This document shows positions 56,802 through 64,000 of a stretch of 64,000 bases of DNA, piece by piece. The first letter of the stretch is position 1. Each line of letters begins with the position of its first letter. This DNA is from Blepharisma stoltei ATCC 30299 (taxonomy: Eukaryota > Protista > Ciliophora), in the NCBI GenBank assembly GCA_965603825.1, contig CBFDEM010000011.1, forward strand, positions 186,001 to 250,000, given 5' to 3'. Made by a program: the position numbers and the translations under genes. The notes below the pieces were generated by a model, which did not search any database, was not told the DNA's origin, and worked only from the letters and a program-made list of their open reading frames with translations.

Positions 56802-57548
56802 TTAGCTTTCCTCTCCTTCAGATTGCCAAAGCTGCAAGTTGTCTTTTATAAGCTGCAAGATAGAGGTTGAATCCTTATACTCCTTTTCATCCGTCAAGCT
56901 GTCTAAGTCTCTGATTGCTTCATCAAATGCTTTTGAAGTCATCGCACATGCTTCCTGTGGCCTTTGAAGAATTTCATAATGGAAAACTGAATAATTCAAA
57001 ATAAGCCCCAATCTTGTAGAATTCGTCGGCGGCAAATGCTCTTCCGCAGCCTTTAACGCTTGCTCATAGCTTTCTGATGCCCCTTTTGCGCTTTCATCTC
57101 TAGCTTGTCCAGTAGTAAATTCACAAATATATCTATAATAATCCCCTTTCATTTTCAAGTAAAAGACTCTAGACTCATCATCCCCGCTTGTCGGAAGTAA
57201 ATCTGTATCAATAAGTCTCAAAATTTCCCCACAAAAGCTCCTGAGTTCATTTTCCACCCTGATTTTATACTCACAAGCTCTTTGTTTATTTTCTTCATTA
57301 TTCCTTCTTCCTTCTTTTTCTTCGATTGAATGTAAAACCCTCCACGAAGTCCTTCTATTTCCGACAAGACTTTTATAAGCTGCTGACAATAAATTTCTCT
57401 CTTCCAGTGAAAGCGCAGTTTTTTCTTTTTTGACGAACTCCCGCATAAAGCTTACCATTTCTTCGTATCTTTCTGCATGCTCTGCTAATTTTGCGAGATG
57501 CATTAGTTCAGTTCTTGAGAGATTGGAAATGTCATCAATTTTTCCCAT
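56802..57548 (-). CDS. 14-3-3 protein
   Basis: AKLAEHAERYEEM, ERNLLSAAYK, KMKGDYYRY, RLGLILNYSVFHYEI and YKDSTSILQLIKDNLQLW. Confidence 0.96.
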   Translation of the reverse strand: MGKIDDISNLSRTELMHLAKLAEHAERYEEMVSFMREFVKKEKTALSLEERNLLSAAYKSLVGNRRTSWRVLHSIEEKEGRRNNEENKQRACEYKIRVENELRSFCGEILRLIDTDLLPTSGDDESRVFYLKMKGDYYRYICEFTTGQARDESAKGASESYEQALKAAEEHLPPTNSTRLGLILNYSVFHYEILQRPQEACAMTSKAFDEAIRDLDSLTDEKEYKDSTSILQLIKDNLQLWQSEGEES

Positions 57549-57573
57549 TATTTAAATATAAGAAAATAATTAA

Positions 57574-58626
57574 ATGGAGGAAAAAGAGGAGAAAATTAAA
57601 CAAAATGTTCAAATTTTCCGATTTGAAGAAGACCCGGTAACTAAGTTGATTTTGGAGACTTTGAAAGTAAAACCTGTGAATTCTGAGTATTATGCAGTTT
57701 TAAAAAGAGTAAAACCAGGCGAAAAATTCAGCAAGAAAAATAAAATTATGACACAAGAAGATTTGGAAACTGCTGGAGAAAGATCGAAGAATTATTTAAG
57801 CGAAGTAGGATTTTTATATGGAAGACTGCATACGAGAGATGGAAGTAAAGAGCCACTAAAAGAAAAAACACGAATCAGAGCACCTGGACCTGTAATTGAT
57901 AATTCATTAACTGAAATTCCATTAGTTACATTTAAAGACAGATATGTGCCTAAGCCACCAGATGGCTTCCAAAAAGTAAATACATCACGTGCCAAAACCA
58001 CTCACCAAACCCACAGGACCCTCACAACTCGTCCACAGACCAAAGAGTCTCACAGCCAAATCCAAGCAAAAGAATACCTGCAGTATTTAACTGCTGTAAA
58101 CCCAGGCGAAAAAGATTACATTAAATCTGTAATTTCCAGCCAAATGAAATCATATAAGCAAGAGCTCTTTGGACAAATTTCTAACGAAATCCAAAGACTC
58201 GACAGCCGAGGAATTTTATCAAGAGAAATGAACCAAGCCAGAGTGCTCACCATGATCAATGTAAAGCTTAGAAATAAAATGAAAACAAGCCTAAAGCCAA
58301 TTGTAAGAAAAGCCAAAACCAATTTGGCAACTGAAAAAGTCAGAGATTGAAATAACTCACCTAATAAAGAAGATAATGATGAAGATGAAGAACAAGACGA
58401 AATGAGAAAGGCGAAGTCTTTACAAAAGATTGAATCAGTAGTCGCAAAAAGAATTGTGAGGAATAACCGAAGGGAAGCAATTTTAAGAGAAAAAGAAGAA
58501 GATAAAGAAAACCCGTTTTGGATTGAAGATTTAAACAAAAGTGTAGCAACTGCTATGGATAAGTGCAGGCCGGATGCAAGAATTACCGATCTGCCTGTTT
58601 TTAAACTTAGTAAGTCGTTTTTATAA
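57574..58626 (+). CDS. Hypothetical basic protein
   Basis: The 258-aa and 74-aa ORFs are in frame through TGA 58348-58350. Confidence 0.75.
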
Positions 58627-58627
58627 A

Positions 58628-59872
58628 ATGGAAGATTTGAGCGATAGCAGGATTGAAAAAGAAATCGAAAAAATCAAGGCTGCGCTAAAAGAAATAAATC
58701 CGAATAGTTTTATGGATTTAGGGATGACTGATTCTTTGAACTGCATAGGTGATATGACAGAAATGCACAAAACGGGGTCAAATTTCAATTCCACTGCAAA
58801 AATTTCTGAATTTCAGAGAACAAGTGATCAATGGGACTTAAATCTGCTTCTTGAAGCTGAGAGGGAAAAAGTCTCGATTCTTGAACAAAAATTAGCAAAC
58901 AAAGAGAAATTATTAGAAGGCTTAGAATCTTTGCATAGTGACCTGTACTTGACAATTGAAGAATTGCAAGAAAAAGAAGTAAAACATTTAAAAGAAGCCA
59001 AACAGTTCAAATTAAAATATGAAGCTGCAGAATTTGAATTGATTAAGTCTAAAGAAACAATAAAAATCAGAAACAGCCAAATTTCAAAATTAAAGGAAAT
59101 CATTGATCAAAAAATTTGGGAATTTAAAGAAAAAAAGTGTGAGAAGTGTCTAGGTGGAGATAAAAAACAAAAAATGCTTTTGAAAATTCAAGAAAAAGAA
59201 GAAATTATCCAAGCTTTTGTAATTGATAATTAGGATATCCAAAATTTAGAAATGAAGCAAGAAAATATAGAACTAAAAAATGATCTCAAAATATATCAAG
59301 AAAAATGCAATAAATTGCAAGAAGAGCTTGATAAGGCTAATGCTAAAATTATCGAAATTTCAGATCAAATAGGTTCGCAATTTCACTCCAAGAAAAATAG
59401 CTTAAAAACTGATTATGAATTGGAGTCAAGTCCAGAAATAAAAGAACTCCGAGATCACGTAAAAAGTCTTGAGGAGAAAATTAATTTTTCAGAGACACAG
59501 AAAATTGATATTTATGAAAACCAAGAGCTTTATGCAATTTTAGGGGTTTGCAATGAAAAAGCTGCAATAAAAAGAGTTTTGTATTTAAAACATCATTATG
59601 AAAAGAGTAAAAAGTATTGCAAATTTTATAAGAAAATCGTCGACATTTTGCGAAAATATCCGGAAATAAAAACGCATAAAGAGATATCGTGTAAATCTGC
59701 ATGAACATTATTAGAGAGGATAATAGAGGAATTTGTGATTCTAAAAGCAAGCAGAGATTCAGATATCATGAGCAAGCTTTGTGAAATTTTTAATTTAAAA
59801 TCGGCAGCATTTTTAATAGATTATGCAGAGAAAATCAAATTCCAACTGGAGCGTCAAAATAAACAATTTTAA
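58628..59872 (+). CDS. Coiled-coil protein (1 intron, TGA=Trp)
   Basis: ATG 58628; intron 59219-59233; reads through TGA 59702-59704 to TAA 59870-59872. Confidence 0.78.
59219..59233 (+). other. 15-nt intron GTAATTGATAATTAG
   Basis: Matches the consensus; removal joins the ORFs in frame. Confidence 0.85.
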
Positions 59873-60196
59873 TTAAATTGATTTAAAATATTCTTAATTC
59901 AACAATAAATTTATGCTTATTATAAATGCTTATCATACTTAAAGAATTATTCTTGCTTATAATTAAAAAATTATGAGAATCTGAACATTTCTGAAAACCC
60001 TCTATAATTAAATTTATTATTTATCCTATAAAAGGCTTAAAGCCATGGTTTTCTTTATTTATTAATTTTAATCTTTAGCATTGTAAAACAGCATTCCTTT
60101 ATTGACCTCATGATTTTCTGACCTAGATATTCCTTAATCAATTTTGAATTGATAATTTAGATAATTGAAATTATTTCATATTTAATAAAGCGGGAA

Positions 60197-61819
60197 ATGG
60201 ACGTAGCTTCTATGCAATCAAGATTTGAAGAAAGGATCTTTGGATTCCAACAAGTTGCAGGTGCAGAATTACTCAAGAAAAAACAAGAAAATTATGCAGT
60301 TGAGCTAAGAAAGAAAATTCGGTCCCAAAACACTACAAAGCGAAGGGCGGTAGTAAGTGGGCATTCATTTCTTCTGCACTATAGCGAAAAAGAAAATGTA
60401 TCAGTGGGCAACCTTCCTTTTCATCTGATAAAAATGAATCCAGAGCTTGCCTCTCCAGATGTTAACCCAATTGAGAAGCTCAGAATTATCCGAGAAATTA
60501 TGGTAGAAGATACTGATCGAAATGTTTTGGACCAAGGCTTAGAAGTCTTAGCAGGAGTATTAAAAATTGAAGTAGACACCCCTTTCAGTACAATCGTGTA
60601 CCTAGGATTTATCCCAATTCTTCAAAGACTAATGGACTATAAATACCCTACTCCAATAGTACTCAATGCAACAATGTGTTTAGCAAACATATGCAATGGC
60701 CCTCATGAATATGCATCCCACGTGTTTAAATTAGACGGAATTCACAGTTTCCTGCGAATAATATCGTCTCGAAACATCCAACCTACAATTATGGCTATTA
60801 GAGGATTAGCTAATCTCTGTGGAGACTGCTATGAATTCTCAACAGCCATAATTGAATCAAATTTAATTAATCAGCTTTCTCAATTGCTTGAGAACTGTAG
60901 AGATGACAATTTAGAGTTGATGGCAGTCATTTCCCATCTCGCTAGGAATATTACACAAAATGCTGACGACATCTCAATTGAGCAGATTGATAAAATAGTG
61001 CAATGAATTGGGAAATTAATTATTTTTCAAGACCCTGAAATTAAAGACGACTGCTTAAAAGCCTTAAGAAATATTTCAAAATGTGAGGATAATAAAAAAA
61101 TTGAACTGATTTTAGAGAACAATTTAGGAGAATTTTGTGTGCAAAGCTTAGGAAATTATGAAGAAAATTTATTAAAAAATGCTAGCAAAATTATAGCGAA
61201 CTTTTTCGCTTTAGATATAGAGATTACTCAGCAGCTTTTAGATTGTGGAGTTCTAGATAAGTTATTGCAGCTAATAAACCATCCTAGCTCTGAAATAAGA
61301 AGATCGGTTTATTTAGCGCTTTCTAATATATTATGTGGAACAAATTATCAGAAAACTAAATACTTAGACCATGAAATTGCAGCTTTTTCAATGAGGGGCT
61401 TAGAAGATGCAGATGCAAATGTTAAGCTTGAGTGTTCAACGATGTTAAAGAACTTTATAAATACTTCAGAATATGGGCTTACACTAAAATTGATTGAGCT
61501 TCGAATATTCGACTACTTGAAAAATGCTTTGGATAATGATATTGAGCCAGATTTTTTAAATAATATTTTATCAATCTGCGATGGCTTATTGGAAGCTGGA
61601 AAACAAGAACAATACAGAATTCGAGATGTGTCTAATCAGATAGCTTTAATGTTTGAAGAATCTGGCTGTCTTGATGTACTTGAAAATATTATTGGGAACA
61701 TGGAAGTTGGAGATATTTTCCAATATGCTCAACAAATTCATGAAGAATACTTTGGGCAATCATTTGATTCTACAGATACAAAAATTTATGAAGTCCCGGC
61801 AATATTTGAATTTAGTTAA
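60197..61819 (+). CDS. Divergent importin alpha (IBB + ARM repeats)
   Basis: IBB-like KKQENYAVELRKKIR...KRR; ARM motifs CLANICNG, LANLCGD and ALSNILCG; FEESGCLDVLE; joined through TGA 61004-61006. Confidence 0.85.
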
Positions 61820-62403
61820 TTCGTTAAGTGTTATTAAAATTTAAAATAATTTGCTGTGTATTTCCTCTATTATATACTATGATTCATTGGCTTTTAATAT
61901 TAATAAACATTGGTCGTAGATGATAAATAGATTCTTATAGATTGTCAAATATTTATATATTTATTAATCTTTTCTATCTAATTTAGCAATAAACAAGATA
62001 ATAAGCAGCAATCCATATACATCCAAAAATAACTCAATGGAACTATCACAAAAATCACTAACGAGATGACCATCTGGAAATTTTGCGGAATATTATTTTT
62101 TTAAAGTTATTGTTCGTATAGACTTATAGCTGAAGCTGCTCTGCTATTCTGAAAGTCTATTCTAATTCAGCAGTAAACTTGAAAAATACTAAAAGCAATG
62201 AAATAGATTGGAGATTGAGGGATTAATCATTGACAAGCCGAAAATTCACAGCGAAAAGTTTTCCTAAGGGAGCCTAGGCTACTCTTATAAATATTACCCA
62301 CCAAGAACACTAGGGCTTTTCCAACTAATAAATCCAAACTTATTTCTATCTGCTCTTCCACATCTTTGGTCACCCCTCAGCTTTTAATTATTTTCCGCTT
62401 AAA

Positions 62404-63450
62404 ATGCAATTCTCGAAACCCTTTTCGCCATTTATAATGTTTAGTGAGACAGTCAAGTCCAAGATCAAAAAGTTCGATGTCTATCGAAAGCTTCCTCAAG
62501 ATCTAACTGAGCCTACTTTATCAGGAGCTTTTGTATCAATTATAGCCTGCGCCTTTATGACCTTACTTTTCTTAACTGAGCTCGCTGAATATCTCAAAGT
62601 TAGCACTAACACAGAAATGTTCGTTGATATTAACCGAGGTGGCGAAAAATTGGTCATAAACATAAATATAGCATTCCCAAGGTATCCTTGTGGCCTTATT
62701 TCTTTGGATGCTCAGGATATTATGGGTTCACATGTAGTTGATGTAGGAGGATCGATGAAAAAAATTAGGCTAAGCTCGGATGGGAAATTTATTGAGGAAG
62801 AGGATTTGTTTGAAAAAGAACACAAAGAAGAATCAGGGGTGAATTTACAAGAAATTAAAAAGCAGCTAGATAATAAGGAAGGGTGCCAATTAATAGGACA
62901 CATTTTGGTGAATAAAGTACCTGGAAATTTCCACGTGTCAAGTCATGCTTTTCATAATCAAATGCATTCAATTATTATCGGCGACAATTCAAAATTGGAT
63001 TTATCACATGTTATTAACCATTTATCATTTGGAAGCAATAAAGATCTTGAGTTTATTAAAACCCATTTTGAAGAAGGAGTTTTAAACCCTCTTGATGAGC
63101 TAAAAAGAATAAGACCAGATGGAGTCAGAGATGCGTTGTCATATGAATATTACATTAAAGTCGTACCAACCACTTATCAGACCTTAGAAGGCGAAGAGTT
63201 CTTCGTACATCAATTTACTGCTAATACCAATGAATATTCCGCTCAAGGAATGCCAGCTGTCTTTTTCAGGTACGATTTAAGTCCAGTTACAGTAAAATTC
63301 TCTCAAACCAAAGAAAGCTTTTTCCATTTCATTGTTCAAGTCTGTGCCATAGTTGGAGGCGTATTCACTGTTGCTGGACTTATTGATAATTTACTCCACA
63401 CTTCAATATCAAAAATTCTTAGAAAAAGAGATGCAGGCAAACTAGGATAA
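62404..63450 (+). CDS. ERGIC3/Erv46-Erv41 family ER-Golgi vesicle protein
   Basis: KFDVYRK, TLSGAFVSI, VNKVPGNFHVS, SHVINHLSFG, KVVPTTY, PAVFFRYDLSP and IVGGVFTV; the start may be ATG 62437. Confidence 0.93.
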   Translation: MQFSKPFSPFIMFSETVKSKIKKFDVYRKLPQDLTEPTLSGAFVSIIACAFMTLLFLTELAEYLKVSTNTEMFVDINRGGEKLVININIAFPRYPCGLISLDAQDIMGSHVVDVGGSMKKIRLSSDGKFIEEEDLFEKEHKEESGVNLQEIKKQLDNKEGCQLIGHILVNKVPGNFHVSSHAFHNQMHSIIIGDNSKLDLSHVINHLSFGSNKDLEFIKTHFEEGVLNPLDELKRIRPDGVRDALSYEYYIKVVPTTYQTLEGEEFFVHQFTANTNEYSAQGMPAVFFRYDLSPVTVKFSQTKESFFHFIVQVCAIVGGVFTVAGLIDNLLHTSISKILRKRDAGKLG

Positions 63451-63487
63451 TCTAAATTTAATATTGAATTATGAAATAAATTATATC

Positions 63488-64000
63488 TTAACCTGAAAAG
63501 CTCATATCAAGTCTATTAAATGACTTTTTTGATGGTGCTTTACTATTTCCCATATTTCGCTCGTTTTGCTCTGTATTCACAACACACGACAAAAATTTGC
63601 TTGGCTGGGTCCAATGCATCATATTCGTAATTTTTCCCATCCAAGTTTTTCCGTTATCTAAAATTAAACTCGGGTTTTCTGCTGCTTCATGGACATCCAT
63701 TACAATTTTATTTAAATCTTTTTCAAACGTAGAAAATGATTCAGCTGCGATTTGGTATTTTATTACATTAGTGACCGTATCCCTTACGCTCTGAGATTCC
63801 ATCATTAGCGTCATAAGGGATTTATACAGTATATCCATTTGATATTTGAGCAAATTTAATACACGATTTTCTTCTGACATTTGAGAAAGCCCTTTTCAAT
63901 CTATAGGAGCAGCTGGATTAGATCTTCCAGATAAATTTGGCTGCTTAGACTCTACAGAAGCTTGTTCAAGCTTTTGGTTTAGCCTTAGAACTTCTGCTCT
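63488..64000 (-). CDS. 3' part of a hypothetical coiled-coil protein (starts beyond the window)
   Basis: The frame is open from 64000 (RAEVLRLNQKLEQ...ID-W(TGA)-KGLSQMSEE) to TAA at 63488. Confidence 0.72.

Noticed and set aside
1-64000. Mass pseudogenisation or selenoproteins as the explanation for in-frame TGA
   Set aside because: The TGAs fall at conserved Trp positions (not Cys) in otherwise intact essential genes such as TOP1, LIG4 and the Rab.
1-64000. Prokaryotic/Mycoplasma or mitochondrial origin (also table 4); CRISPR or operon-type defence systems
   Set aside because: Gene content is nuclear-eukaryotic (SNAREs, Rab, 14-3-3, CDPK) with spliceosomal introns; no repeat-spacer array was seen.
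1-64000. TAA/TAG reassigned to Gln or ambiguous, as in Paramecium, Tetrahymena or Condylostoma
   Set aside because: Internal TAA/TAG are explained by 15-nt introns, and long ORFs contain none. The only exceptions are in the UBC pseudogene and decayed fragments.

Overview
Gene-dense, AT-rich eukaryotic DNA, not prokaryotic. It looks like the macronuclear genome of a heterotrich ciliate, most likely Blepharisma (inferred from the genetic code and intron type). Two properties explain why the supplied ORF track is fragmented. (1) In-frame TGA is read as Trp: about 40 cases by hand count, many at invariant Trp positions such as WDTAGQE, WDDHD, NIWIVKP and MTWIKP. TAA and TAG are the only stops seen. 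(2) Genes carry 15-nt spliceosomal introns, GTA-N6-A-NN-YAG (12 supported, 1 candidate). After correcting for both, about 47 genes assemble. They include DNA ligase IV, Apollo/SNM1B, topoisomerase I, two TTL-family ligases, PhoD, SNAREs, a Rab, a CDPK, a MAK kinase, 14-3-3, importin alpha, a 1657-aa GBP, a triple calcyphosin-module EF-hand protein and an ankyrin/non-canonical poly(A) polymerase fusion. One BIRC6-type UBC pseudogene and one decayed partial duplication are also present. The most unusual candidates are the ankyrin-Zn-finger-nucleotidyltransferase, a TTL-like ligase with a signal anchor, an E2 with a rearranged active site, and apparent avoidance of TGA near gene 3' ends. I recognised no tRNA, rRNA, telomere, transposase or CRISPR. 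Family calls come from recognising motifs by eye; no database searches were run.
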